Positions 27,275-39,527 of a stretch of 64,000 nt of DNA are shown here, one piece after another (the first letter of the stretch is position 1; each line of letters starts with the position of its first letter). Source of the DNA: Zootoca vivipara. Lineage: Eukaryota. Location of the stretch: contig NC_083283.1 in assembly GCF_963506605.1 (NCBI RefSeq), positions 56,916,001-56,980,000 on the forward strand, read 5' to 3'. The notes under the pieces were generated by a model, which was given only the letters and a program-made list of their open reading frames with translations, was not told the origin of the DNA and made no database searches. A program made the position numbers and the translations under genes.

Positions 27275-27894
27275 CTCAACAACTTTGGGCAAAGCTAAAT
27301 AAAGCTCAACAACCCTACTTTTCCTTTTGGTAGATCATACAGGGATAAATGTTATGAGCACCAGATGAGAAAAGGCAATACTAAGAATAATGAAATTGAG
27401 AGAAAGTTCAGAAGTTTGCATTCCCCTAGGTTCCCTCCCCCATTGGCTGGCTAGTACCTGTATGAGTTGCATGTTTTGAACTCTGACCGCTGCATCACTG
27501 GAACCCAGACCAGCCAGAACTAAATTGATTTTAATTCTCAGGATGAATTCAAGATATTAGGTCTTAATTATGTAAGAACTGTAACCCAGAAGCACACAAG
27601 CCCATGTCAATTAATAACACCATTAATTATGTGAATTACACAAATAAACCTAGGAACCAGTGGCAGATTTATAGATACACACAGAATTAGGGCCCCCTGA
27701 GGCTGAGCGGCCCCAAATTATTAATATAATTTTTTAACTGAGAGGATACTTTTGAAACAAATAAGGAATTGCCATTGATGAATTATAGTGTTTTAGTTTT
27801 GTTTCTACAAAATGTTGTTTGTGTGTAGAGGCCAAACAAAATATTTCTTTTTGAAGGAAATTCCTATACATCTCCTTTCAGTAAAAACTGTAGT

Positions 27895-28252
27895 AGGTAA
27901 AGGTAAAGGACCCCTGGACAGTTAAGACCAGTCAAACTTGACCATGGGGTGCGGCGCTCATCTTGCTTCAGGCCAAGGGAGCCAGCGTTTGTCCAGACAG
28001 CTTTCTGGGTCATGTGGCCAGCATGACTAAACCACCTGGCGCAACAGAACACCGTGACGGAAGCCAGAGCGCATGCAAATGCCGTTTAGTTTCCTGTCAC
28101 AGCGGTACCTATTTACTTCCACTGGTATGCTTTCGAGCTGCTAGTTTGGCAGAAGCTGGGACAGAGCAATGGGAGCTCACCCCATCACACGGATTCTAAC
28201 TGCTGACCTAACTGCTGAAGAGTCTCAGTGGTTTAGACCACAGCACCACCCT
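27895..28252 (-). mobile_element. Sauria SINE, more diverged subfamily
   Basis: aggtaaaggtaaaggacccc tail and a body homologous to 26928-27274. Confidence 0.85.
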
Positions 28253-28765
28253 TTACCTTTTTAAAAAGATAGCATAATTATGCTAAGAGGGGAGTAAATA
28301 AAAGGGCGGGAGGAAAGTTGCCTTTTTTCTTCAAAGACATCCTGGGACATGTATCTCTTTTTGGCCAGCAATGGGTACTGTGTGCCTTCCAACTGTTTTT
28401 GAAAAATCTATACTGGAACTGCTCTAGGCTCTGGAAGTGGAACACATAAAACACTGACTGGATTCCCTTATTACAATGATTACTTAATATTACAGTGATT
28501 AAGATCAGTTGGTGCTATGCATGTTTTCTGGTATCCATGACACTTTAGATTCCCAAATTCTAAAGGTGGGCCTTAAACAATTGCTTGAATCCAAAATTCC
28601 TGCTCTGTAAAGCACTTTCTACTTGCTTACACAAGAGGGATAATTCATTCCTATCCCTCCTATCTACAGACCTCCATATCCCCTGACCACCAACCCAAGC
28701 CACCTGGTGATAGAACAGTATTTGGATCCAAGCAAATTACAAAAATGTGCCTTGTGGGACATATA

Positions 28766-28982
28766 CAGTGGTATCTTGGTTCTCAAACTTAGTCTGTTCT
28801 GGGAGTCTGTCCGACTCCCAAAACGGTTCAAAAACCAAGGCGTGGCTCCCAATTAGCTGCAGGAGCTTCCTGCACTCAATCGGAAGCTGTGTCAATGTTC
28901 GGCTTCCAAAAAAAGTTCACAAACCGGAACACTTACTTGCGGTGTTCGGTAGCCAAACCGTTCAAGTACCAAGGTACCACTG
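28766..28982. mobile_element. Tigger/pogo-like MITE with TA TSD
   Basis: ta|CAGTGGTATCTTGGT ... ACCAAGGTACCACTG|ta. Confidence 0.82.
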
Positions 28983-29128
28983 TACTGTATTTTTATATTG
29001 TGATGAAATATGGTTTATGTTGTCTAGAGGCATTTGTTATGTTTCAACTGGACATAGCTCAATCTGTTCCTATAGAAAACAATAGTTTTATAAGGATAAT
29101 ATTCTGAAAAATGGAAGATTCAAAACAC

Positions 29129-29154
29129 TTTATTTGTAAAAGTCATACTTTATT
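29129..29154 (-). terminator. Two AATAAA polyadenylation signals of TXNL4A (29134-29129 and 29154-29149)
   Basis: TTTATT occurs twice on the + strand, ~160-185 nt past the TXNL4A stop. Confidence 0.65.
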
Positions 29155-29314
29155 TCTAAAATCAAATAAGATTTTTTTGCATAAAAAATAAGAACATATT
29201 TACATAAATTCAAAAATATATTCACAATGGAGACGAAAGCAGGAAAGAATACTTTATACAAAGTTTGAGTTTACGAAACTCCAGAAGTAGACTTGTAGTA
29301 AAATGATCAAATGA

Positions 29315-29486
29315 TCAATATCTGTACTTGGTTGAGTAGTCCTTGGGTGATACAACAAGACCTCTACCTTTACGTGCTCCTCTATAAACTGTTTCTATGA
29401 TGTCAATCATCTCTTGTTTGTCCTCCATTGCCCAGTTAATTTTGTTGTTGTTACCAGTGCCTAAATCAATCATTATGTGTTTGTTT
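29315..29486 (-). CDS. TXNL4A: TXNL4A last coding exon: (R)NKHIMIDLGTGNNNKINWAMEDKQEMIDIIETVYRGARKGRGLVVSPKDYSTKYRY*
   Basis: Near-invariant Dim1 C-terminus. Acceptor tttcttaaag|, stop TGA at 29317-29315. Confidence 0.98.
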
Positions 29487-29861
29487 CTTTAAGAAAGAAA
29501 AGAAAAATGGGGAAGGAAATTATTAATATATTATAGTTACATAGTATTTCATTTAAACCTCATGTTCTGCAATATATACTCCTCCCTCCCTAACTATCTC
29601 CATCCTACATTTGGGCAAGATGGAGTGATTTACTTTGATGTATATTTCCTTTATACTAAAACTAGATTAGATTAATGGGGTTGTATCCAGTGCTGTACCA
29701 GTGGTATTCAACAGAAATTTGTAGTACATTACGGACATCAATAAAGTTACTCTATTCTGCAGCTTATTTAGTTGCACTACATGACACAAATAAACAGATC
29801 CGGTCAAAAATTACAAAAAGTCTGGAAAAAGTCAGCTGAAAATACACAAGTTATAATATAC

Positions 29862-29965
29862 CTGAAGAAAAACATGACTGTACAGGGATCGTACAGTTCG
29901 TACATCTTGTTGAAGTCTGGCACTTCGGTGATATCCACAAGATAAATAACAGCAAAATTTTTCAC
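29862..29965 (-). CDS. TXNL4A: TXNL4A middle coding exon (104 nt): VKNFAVIYLVDITEVPDFNKMYELYDPCTVMFFFR
   Basis: Dim1 sequence with cccacag| acceptor and |gtatat donor. Confidence 0.98.
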
Positions 29966-32214
29966 CTGTGGGAGAGAAATGTATGTTCTAAAACATTAAT
30001 TGTAAGCAGAATAGCTTCACAATAGTGAAAGGTTTACAGAGAAACATGCTCACTGGGATTTGCTTCCCAAAGGATACAAGTGTTTCCCATTTTGTTTCAA
30101 AACGAAAGACACATAACATGAACTGAAAAACAGAATGTGGTTTTATATTTTAGATATGTTCAGGTCTGATCCATTTGCACTATACCCAATAGCAGCCGGA
30201 ATTCAATGTTTGTTCTTCTGCAAGCTTTAGAAAATCTCAAGGTGTTATAGTTGTTCAGTATTAATTTGCACATAATCTTCATTAGTTTACAGCTCCCACC
30301 CAATGCAATAGGTCATACTGATACAGTGGCAGTGATGATTGAAACAGCTTGATTTTAAAAAATACACTGTTCTGCAATTGCCAATGAGTTTAACACTTCA
30401 GACTTACTTTACTAGCAAATATGAGATTTGGGAAGGAGGAAAGACAAGAAGGTCAGGGATCTCCAGTGTGGTGTCTGTGGGCCACAGTGTACCCACCAGT
30501 ATCTCCTATGAGACCTACAAAAAGTCTCAGTAAATATCCCTTCTAAAAATTCACAATACATAACTGGGCTTCTGAGCCTCACAGGGGGGGCGGGGGACAG
30601 AAAGAATGTAGTTGGTAAAGTGAGCCGTGGACCCAAAAAGGTTGAAAACCTCTGCAGCACACTAACATACACATAAACCTGTAAGAACCTATGCATAAGT
30701 ACTGTATCTATTTTTTAATACAGTGAAATTTCTTAAGGCACTTACAAGACTTATTGAGAATTCTGAAAATTTAAAAATATTTGACCCTTGTGTTAGTATT
30801 AAAACCCTAAAACATGACAAACTCTCAATGCTCAAAGACCAGGAAATAAAAAGTCTCATTATGCCAAGGAGTTCATTTTTGATTTTGAATGCTAGAGACA
30901 GAGAGACCCCATTCCGCTTACAAAACAGTAATTTCCAGAATGGTTTTACAATCAATCCATCTCCCGGGGAACTATGGGAATTTTAGCTTTGTGAGGGAAT
31001 AGGGGTCTCCTAGCAGCTCTCAGCTCCTTTGACAAACTAGTTCTAAGAGTCCTTTGGCTGTTTAAAATGGTATGACACCGCTTTAAATGTTTATAGTGAT
31101 GATGGGGTCAGATATGCAATTTATAAGAACAGAAGTAGACAAATATTCTTAAAAGCCTTTTTCTTTAGCGGCACATATTGGCAAACTTTTTGTTTTGCTG
31201 GACCTGACAGGAAGTCACTGTTGTCCAAAACACGCATGTTACCATTTACACCCCAGAACTGCATGGTTATATTGGAAATTATGCATAGTGTATCAGAGAA
31301 GGAGCACAAATAGTGGAGGAACAAGCTGCACTTACTGGAAATTCTATCTAAGAAAGTGACCAGCATGGAAACTGGAAACTTTAGTGCTCACTGTCAACTA
31401 AATTTTCTCCCAATGCAGAATATAACTGTAACATAATAGGTTTGCATGATTGTTCTAGTGTAAATATGCAGTACAACTGATTACTCACTCTTTGTACAGC
31501 AGTGATATCCGAACAGGACTTGTTAGCAAGAAGATGAGGAAGGATGACCTTTTTTAATCTGCTTATTTCTGCAGAGGGAGATGTTTAAATACAAAGTTAC
31601 ATTGCTCTTTTCCCCCACATTAAAATTTAAGTGCCGATATGCTTGCCAACTTACTAGTTTTCCAACTACTACTACCTATAAAAGTATTCCAAAGAATATT
31701 ATGTCCTTTTCCTTGTCATTTCCTTGACAATGTTTCTCCCACCTATTAATATTTCTAGCTATATTTTCCTTTAAAATGTCAAAATACTCAATGGTTGTCT
31801 CAATTTTGGTACATGAACTTATTATATTTGCCCTGATGTTTAAAGTCAATTTGCCTTTTATTGTTCAGAAGCAGCAATACAAGCAGTTGGATTGCCTTTA
31901 GAATTGTTTTCATAACAGTTTGAATGAAACCATTCTATGCTGTTATTAATAGCATATGTATGAATTTTATTATTTTTGTTTTCATGAAAACTTCTGCAAT
32001 GCAATTTTATATAAGATTAGATCCAAAGGTGCCCTTCAAGTGACAGAAAGAGTCCCATTTTATTTCAGCCCCCATAACTTCTGCAACTACCTTTAGCATA
32101 TTTGCTGCTTTAAAATATACACCAAACCTCCCTCATCTACCACCCATGCAAGTAAATTCTTTACAATGATACAGAACACTGTTTTTCAAACTATGTTCCA
32201 ATAATGCAGGGGTT

Positions 32215-32535
32215 CCTGGAAGCTTATCAGGGGCTTGAAGGCATTCTTAATATCAGCACCCAAACTGTGGAATGTCCTTCTTTCCCAGATCCAACTGGTG
32301 GTGAAACTGATAGATTTTCAGCATCAGTTAAAAACATACCTATTCGCCCAGGTTTTTTTGCTAAACTGGTATACTGTTGTGTAGCCTACTCTCAGTGACT
32401 TATCAATCTGTTGTGATTAAGAATTTTTAGCATTTTATTTGTTTTATGAAAATGATTTGATTGCGAGTGATGTATTTATTTTGTATATTGTAAACCATTC
32501 TGGGATCATTTTTAATGATAAACAGGTTAGATAAA
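32215..32535 (+). mobile_element. Old L2-like 3' fragment
   Basis: gcacccaaactgtggaatgtcctt...ttaaaaacatacctattcgcccagg...tgtaaacc pattern. Confidence 0.5.
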
Positions 32536-32765
32536 TATTCAGATCAGCATTAGGTCTACCCTAAACTGTGGTTTGCAAATCCCTATCAATCTTCCTCTCT
32601 GATACAAAGCTGTGGGAAAATTAGGGTTCCATTCTAGGATATAATTTCAATTAAGATGATGCAATAATAAGATCTGAAAGGCTTATCCAGGCCTTTACAT
32701 GAGGTAGTTATACCCCTAGAACTTTCTTCAATAATGCAGGAGTGCTGCAGCAGATAGGTAAAAAG

Positions 32766-32898
32766 CAAGCTTCCTCAACCTTGGCCCTCATGTTTTTGGC
32801 CTACAACTCCCATGATCCCTAGCTAGCAGGACCGGTGGTCAGGGATGATGAGAATTGTAGTCTCAAAACATCTGGAGGGCCGAGGTTGAGGATGCCTC
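32766..32898. mobile_element. hAT MITE related to 23023-23159
   Basis: cctcaaccttggccctc ... gagggccgaggttgagg inverted ends and a shared internal sequence. Confidence 0.75.
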
Positions 32899-33476
32899 GT
32901 AAAGAGTTTTTCAGTAGAAAGGCTGATTTGAAAATAATTACTCTACAGTAATTAACAGTTAACAATAAAATTAAAGGACCACAGCTGCATAAAGCAATCA
33001 AACAAATGGCAATATAACATTGAAGAAATACAAGAATTTTGCCTTGTGCTGCCTCCTAATTCAGTTTCATTCATTGCAACCACAAAGACTACAAGTTTAG
33101 AAAAGCCAGTAACTTTTGTATTCTAACAAGAACCAAGATAATTCCTTATTATAGCATAATATAAACTTTTCTTTGCTCCCCTCCCACAAAATTGTGCTCC
33201 AGGGGGTTGGAAGACCCTCAGGCAGATTTCAGGAGTGCTACAGAGGGCAGAGGGGAAGTCTTGTGGTATAAGAGGGAGCTTACTCACATGACTCTGGATG
33301 CGTGCAACCTTTACTGAAAAAAGTATTTTACATAAAAACCATGCATTTCAGTTGTTCCTTCTTAGATAAAGTATAAACAAAATAATTGGCATGTTTTCTC
33401 ATAAGCTTATGTACTTGGTTTAATATATAAATTTGGATTAAACAGATATAATACAATATTAATAAAAATGAAATAC

Positions 33477-33629
33477 CTTCTCAGCAATACTATATAAAAC
33501 TTCGTCCATTTTCATACATGTTGGATCCCAGTCATGCCCAAAACGAATGACCACCACACGGTCTTCTTCTGAAAGAATGGCCTGGTCTACTTGCCAGCCA
33601 TTGTGTAAATGTGGAAGCATATACGACAT
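33477..33629 (-). CDS. TXNL4A: TXNL4A first coding exon (153 nt coding; exon starts at 33649): MSYMLPHLHNGWQVDQAILSEEDRVVVIRFGHDWDPTCMKMDEVLYSIAEK
   Basis: Canonical Dim1/U5-15K N-terminus. The three exons total 429 nt = 142 aa + stop. Acceptor ttctcctacag| lies 20 nt before the ATG. Confidence 0.98.
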
Positions 33630-34806
33630 TTTCAAAATATGTGAAAGACCTGTAGGAGAAAACAGAACAAGACAAGAATTTACAGTTCAGGTTCACTATG
33701 CTCAATGTTACAACAACAAAAAAAGGTTTGATTCAAGACAAAACAATTTGTTAGATTTTGACTGGTAAACTCTTGAAGTGAATTCTTGTGTAAGGCAAGC
33801 AAATTGTTATATAATCAGTTTACCCCATTAGTCCAGCCAGGTTAAGCTACCACAGCAGACTGCATAGTCAATGGTGTGACATAATTAGGGATGTGTTGAT
33901 GGGGGAGGTCAATTCTTCTGGTCCATGACAGTTGGTAATAAGTTCAGATTGTTCTCTCCAAAAGGAAGGAACAGAAGAACTTAGAGGTGACTTTGGGGTC
34001 TGGCTGGGGTCAGCAAAGAGAAAACAAGGGCATGATTAAAGGTTAATGTTAAAGGTTCTAATCAGGCAAGTCCAACAGGTCAAATGCAATCTACTGGTTG
34101 ATCACGGGGTGTTCCAGGTCAATCCTGATCCCCAGGTCAATCCTTGGACCCCTAGCTATCTCTATTCAAAAAAAAAAAAAAAAAGCTCAACAACTCTGGT
34201 GCATCCTCCCATGGCTAGATCACTGTCAGTTTTTTATACTGTGAGTTGATCACAGTCTCTTGGGAGTTGGACATGCCTGCTCTAAATGACCTGGAACCAA
34301 AAAGATAGACAGGACCAATACAATATGATACACCCCAAATATCAATATCATTTTTAAGAGGCCCTTAAACTGAAGGATAAACCTTCAATTATCCTGGGAT
34401 AAGGGCATTTTCGTGATTTGTGCCCTGGATCTGTAACACCTTCCCCTGACATCGAGCCTGATCTATCTAGGTGAAGTGTCTATCATATGCCCATGCCTTT
34501 TGAAACCATTTTATCTTACATCCTCTTAGTTAAGTCCTCTTCCCTCACGTTCCAGCTGCTTTCCTGCGTGTTCAGGGTTTTTTTTATACAGTGTATAAAT
34601 AGGGTAGCGTCATCTTGACCAGGGCTATGGCACGGGCTGTGAGACAGAGTGGGGTAAGGAAACCCGAGACCAGTTTAAGGTTCCGTGGGATCCTGCAAAC
34701 CCCAAGGGATGGGGAGCTTGCGGCCCTCCTAACGCCGCTGAACTCCTCAGTCTCCCGACCGTTCACCCGCCCGCGGACTCCAGCCCGCTAGATAACAGCC
34801 ACTCAC

Positions 34807-34960
34807 CGAACGCAAAGGAATAACGGCTGTAACGGCTCCCCACAGTCGCCTTGAAGGACACGTGCGCACTCGCAACGACCGGCGGCCGCCGAACTTAGAG
34901 GCCAAGCGGGGTAGGGGGTAAGCGCCGCCTAATGCAGCGCTACGCTTAGCCCCGCGAGGG
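34807..34960 (-). other. TXNL4A: Probable non-coding exon 1 of TXNL4A (5' end approximate)
   Basis: Minus-strand donor TTCG|gtgagt at 34807/34806 inside the CpG island. The first coding exon has its own acceptor. Confidence 0.7.
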
Positions 34961-35210
34961 CAAATGAAGCCGTTTGCCCGCCTTTTATTTCGCCACTTCC
35001 GGAGAGCTTCATTTCACGACGGAAGTGGAATGGCTGTTCTTTCATCGACGCCTGAGCGATGGGGACGAGTCCATTGCAAAAAGAAAGAGAGGTAAGGGGG
35101 GAACCGATCTGGTAAAACGGGTACTTGGTGCGTAGAAGAGAGTGGTTCTGACAACTATGAAGCCCACGTAGGTGGCTGCCATAGACTATGGGATGACGTC
35201 AACCGTTTGG
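34850..35210. promoter_or_regulatory. CpG-island, probably bidirectional promoter (TXNL4A / dehydrogenase copy 1) with an inverted ETS/GABP pair (CCACTTCCG 34993-35001; CGGAAGTGG 35020-35028) and a CRE (35194-35201)
   Basis: Motifs seen directly. Outward-facing splice donors at 34806 (-) and 35092 (+). Confidence 0.65.
35030..35091 (+). other. Candidate exon 1 of GRHPR-like copy 1 (5' end approximate; in-frame ATG at 35059 gives MGTSPLQKERE)
   Basis: Donor GAG|gtaagg at 35091/35092, phase 0, in frame with the exons starting at 36371 and 38336. Confidence 0.5.
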
Positions 35211-35597
35211 GAAAGGTTGTCCGCCGAAAGCTTGTATAGAGGAATTCTTCGTTTTGATGGTTTCTTCCAACCCGTAAGTAAAAGCAAATCGAGAGCTAGG
35301 ATTGATTGCTCGCGTCTGGCCGCAGTTCTTGCCATTGCCCCCTCCGGCGGGCAGAGACTTGCAAATTAAGCCTCTTGCCAGCTTCAAACCACGTGGTCCC
35401 TTTGAAGTGTATTTATCCTAGAGAGCCTTAATACATATTGTTTTTACATAGATATGCATTTACATATTTTAGCACCATGTGTAAACTATGAAAACATGGG
35501 CTGATAATGGCTTGTCCCTGTCATATTCTTGCACTGTAGACAGGGCAAAATAAACATAGCTACCACATATGTACCACATAACATAGCAACCACAAAA

Positions 35598-35810
35598 AAC
35601 CCTGATTTTGGGAAAGATTGAGGGCACAAGGAGAAGGGGACGACAGAGGACGAGATGGTTGGACAGTGTTCTCGAAGCCACCAACATGAGTCTGACCAAA
35701 CTGCGGGAGATAGTGGAAGACAGGAGTGCCTGGCGTGCTCTGGTCCATGGGGTCACGAAGAGTCGGACACGACTGAACGACTAAACAACCACCACCACCA
35801 CCACCACCAC
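35598..35810 (+). mobile_element. 5'-truncated Bov-B LINE with (CAA)/(CAC)n tail
   Basis: Highly similar to the copies at 1562-1797 and 62445-62860. Confidence 0.92.
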
Positions 35811-36370
35811 ATATGTGTTTTATCCAGGTTTGCTACTGTAATGAATATTTCCTTGGCTCCTAACTGATAATACATTGAGCATTTATTTTTAATTGAGAAT
35901 TAAATGCTGTTAATAAATATCTGGAAACCCAAGTATAAGACTGGGATACATCCTTGTTAGCAATGTGTACGTACGGTACTAAGGAACAGATGTGCTGTGT
36001 GCATAGCTCACATTCAGGCAGAGCCAGGCCAGCTAAGGGGCCTTAAAAGCACACAGTTAAAGAACTGGCTGTACTCGGTGCTATACACACTGTGTACTGT
36101 AGGAATCAAGAAATACGCAGACATTGTTTAATCCACCTCCCCAACCAAAACTGGTAAGTTAGTTACAGCAGAAGGTGTTGTTAATCTTGGTGTAATCTTT
36201 GTTAAAAGTTTTAAACATAATTATTTTGAGTGATTTATTTTGCTGACTCCACAAAGGTTTTTTAGAATATAATTGTACTGTTACTTCCTTTTTATTTAGA
36301 AATGTCTACTTTAGTATCTGCTAAACTTTCACAACACTAGCTTAGATTTAAATTGTTGTTTCTTGGACAG

Positions 36371-36571
36371 GTGTTCCCAAAACACTGTGTTTTATGTAGG
36401 ATTATGCTCAGAGTTAAAGCCTTCTGCTTGGCACAGTCTGTTCGCCTGCCTGCCGCCTGGGTGAAAGTCTCCAGCAAGCATTGGTCTCACTGGGCAAAGA
36501 CAAACACTACCAGTGTGCAAAGCTACAGAACTGAGCAAAACAGCACTGGGGGAGCAGCTTATCAGGCCAAG
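36371..36571 (+). CDS. Candidate 201-nt symmetric exon of GRHPR-like copy 1 encoding a mitochondrial-presequence-like N-terminus (ATG 36404: MLRVKAFCLAQSVRLPAAWVKVSSKHWSHWAKTNTTSVQSYRTEQNSTGGAAYQAK)
   Basis: Acceptor ttgtttcttggacag|, donor AAG|gttagt, open frame, phase 0 joining GGT-ATG at 38336. Has 7 Arg/Lys and no acidic residue before position 44. Confidence 0.6.
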
Positions 36572-38338
36572 GTTAGTACCAGGAGGAAGCAAATTGCCTT
36601 GTAGAAATATTCCTGTTTAGGATTAAAGTGCTTATTGTGATTATCTATGCTAATCACATAATATATACTGTAAATATAAAGCCATGTGTCTATATTGCAT
36701 GTCAAGGCAATGAGTGAAGGAATTACTATTCTTATCTCTAGCTTGCTGAAAAACAGAGATTTTATTCCTTAGCAGGAATCAGCTGAGGGTACTTGTACTA
36801 GTAGCCCCTGGACCAAATTATAGCCACCTATATTTAATTGCATCCTGGGAATGGAATGGGGTTGCTGCCAATCAAAGTGACTCTTTGGCAAAACTCACTG
36901 CTGACAAAATATGTGGAAAGACAGATGTAAACTATTCCAGTGCTGCAAGACAGGTGTTCCGCCACCTCTCAGGTGTGCTCCATTGCCATTCAAAGAGAAC
37001 GAGGGAAGTGTTCATGGTGAGTTATGGCACCTCTTTTTCTAGAAAAATAGCGCTGCCCACAGCCTTCCATTTTGAACACACTGCCTCACACACCACAACT
37101 GATAATTATATGGAAGGGTCCGCCGTGTTACATGATGCCTTTTCACTTAAATGTATTGCTCATATTAGACAGAAGTCCAGTAAGCATATCATAGAAGGCA
37201 GTAACTAATGGAGTCCCTCTTTTGTGGGTTGAAGCATACATATAAGGCAGAATTTGGGTGTGATGTGTATGTTTTAGTGGGGTGAGAGTTGTATATTGTG
37301 ACCCAAGATGTGCCTTGCCGAGAGGGAGGCTGAAGATGGAAGGGTTCATTGATTCTTTAAGAAGTTTTTAAAATGTGCTGCTATGTTTTGAGGGCTTAAG
37401 GATTTTATTGTTTTATGTTAGATTATATTACATTGTTTTGAAGTTTTTCATATTCATTGTTTCTTGTATATACATATTGTATTTGTTATTTTCAAGACCA
37501 CAAGGTTAGTGCCTTAATATTTAAGCAATATTTAAATACTGTATAGGAAACAATAATTTACTAGGGTTTTTCCCCTGATAAATCATCCAAAGTAGTGTAT
37601 GCTGTCCTTCTTTTAGGATGAACAAAATGAGTTGATGTTGGTGTTTCTATTAAAAGATAAGCAGCTAAATCTTGTGAAGTTTTTTGTCCTGTAACCACTT
37701 CTATGACAGGCTGCAGCTCAGTTTTTGTACAGAAGCTGACACAATTGGAATCAAAACTGAAAAAAGGCTAATTTGATCAGCATGAAGCATTCTCAGACAT
37801 TTTTAGAGAGGATCCCACTCCACTCCAGCAACGAAGCATTTTCCCTGCATCTTACATGATGAATACAGCTTTATCATTACATTGTAGTATCTTATTGCCA
37901 CAATTGGGCAAGAAAATTCGCATGTAGAAAGTCATCTGTTGCAATTAAATCCTGTTGTAAATTAATTCCTCCTGGGCATATTCTTTTTCTTATGTACCAG
38001 TATTTTTGTATAAAATCTTTATAAATATCTAAACACCACAAAATGCCATAGTAGTGTACAACAACATTAAAAAACAGGAAATAGAAAGAAATAAAGCGGA
38101 TCTCTAAAGAGAAATCCGATACTGCCTGTGAGTCAGCTCATCCTTCTGGGAACGCTTTTAGAAATAGATGTTTTAAGCACCCAACAAAATGTAATTATTG
38201 TCAGAGACTGTCTAACTGTTAATATAGAATAATGCAGAATACTGAGACTCCACTTTACATCCTTGGATATTTTCCAGTGGCTTTATGAAAGCCTAGTTTT
38301 CTGTTTAACATTTCTCGTCATCCCCTTTTCTTCAGGGT

Positions 38339-38720
38339 ATGGGAGAAAAAGAACTGCCAGGCGTTTTGATCTGTGAAATAGGAGGTGCATTTGGTGTACT
38401 GGAGAGCCATGTGGAATTCCTTAAGAAACACTTCAAGCTCATCACCCTGAGAGAGTTTCACAGAAACAAGGATGAACTTCGTGAAAAGATCAAGTCCATT
38501 TTTGTATTTGAGTGCAGACCTCTCATTGACCGGGAACTTCTTGAAAGCTTGCCCAGCCTAAAGGTGGTAGCAAACTCAGGGGTGGGAGTGAATCATTTGG
38601 ACTTGAAACTGATTTCGAGCTTTGGAGTAAAAGTCACCAACACCCCACATGCTGTTTCTGACTCCACAGCAGACATAGGCATGGCCTTAATGCTGGCATC
38701 TGCAAGAAGACTAGTGGAAG
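38339..38720 (+). CDS. GRHPR/GhrB-like D-2-hydroxyacid dehydrogenase copy 1, core exon A (exon starts at 38336)
   Basis: MGEKELP...LPSLKVVANSGVGVNHLDL...VTNTPHAVSDSTADIGMALMLASARRLVE is the 2-Hacid_dh substrate domain. ttcttcag| acceptor, G|gtaaag donor. Confidence 0.95.
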
Positions 38721-39355
38721 GTAAAGTCATTTTCTCTTGCAGTTTATGTAAGTTGTTGTGCAGATTTTGAGTTCACCACTCCCAATATCAATCAGTCCTT
38801 GGATCAGCTGATCAATAGTTACATGATAATGCCCATGATATACTGATAAATAATAATACAGGTATTTGCTCCCTTTTCTAGCTATTCAGGTACCAAGTAC
38901 CAGTAGAAATTACCCTTTAAACTGAAAATTATGGAGTACAGTACTCCAATTTTTGGCTTGCTTCTAGTTTGTAACTGAAATTGAGTCAGCCAATACCCAT
39001 TTAGCTCAACATTTTAAACCTTGATGTGTTGAAGCTCTTCAAACTCTTGAACAGATGTTTTCTCTAATCTTTCCATATGAAATTCCTTAACTAGATTTAA
39101 CGGTGATGGATTCTGCTACCTTATTCCCTAAATTTATTTTCCCACCTATATTTTTATGTGCTGCTTACTGTACAAATTCTAAGTAGAAATACCGGTATGC
39201 CTTACAGGGACTCCCATTTAGAGCTGTCTTCTGATTTTCAATAACTATTGTAAATAGTGCAGGCATGTTTTCTCATTTCTGAATTAAAGCTGTTGTAAGT
39301 ACTAACACTATTGTTTCTCATTCGCTGCTGTGTGGCTTCTGCTTTTGTTTCTTAG

Positions 39356-39527
39356 GCTGTCATATTGCAACATCTCCAGATACCACACATTTTGCGGTTG
39401 ACTGGCTGGGAGTAGAAGTTACCCGGGCCACTCTTGGTATCATTGGGATGGGCAGCATTGGGTATAAAGTAGCCAAGAGAGCAAAAGCTTTTGACATGAA
39501 CATCCTTTATCACAACAGGAACCGTAG
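39356..39527 (+). CDS. Dehydrogenase copy 1, exon B (172 nt; Rossmann LGIIGMGSIG...YHNRNR)
   Basis: GxxGxGxxG dinucleotide-binding motif, canonical splice sites, continuous frame. Confidence 0.95.

Noticed and set aside
30689-30986. Overlapping 87/88-aa ORFs in a TXNL4A intron
   Set aside because: No recognisable homology or exon signals.
24187-33629. Functional link between the U12 intron in HSBP1L1 and neighbouring spliceosomal TXNL4A
   Set aside because: Adjacency only; nothing in the sequence supports coupling.
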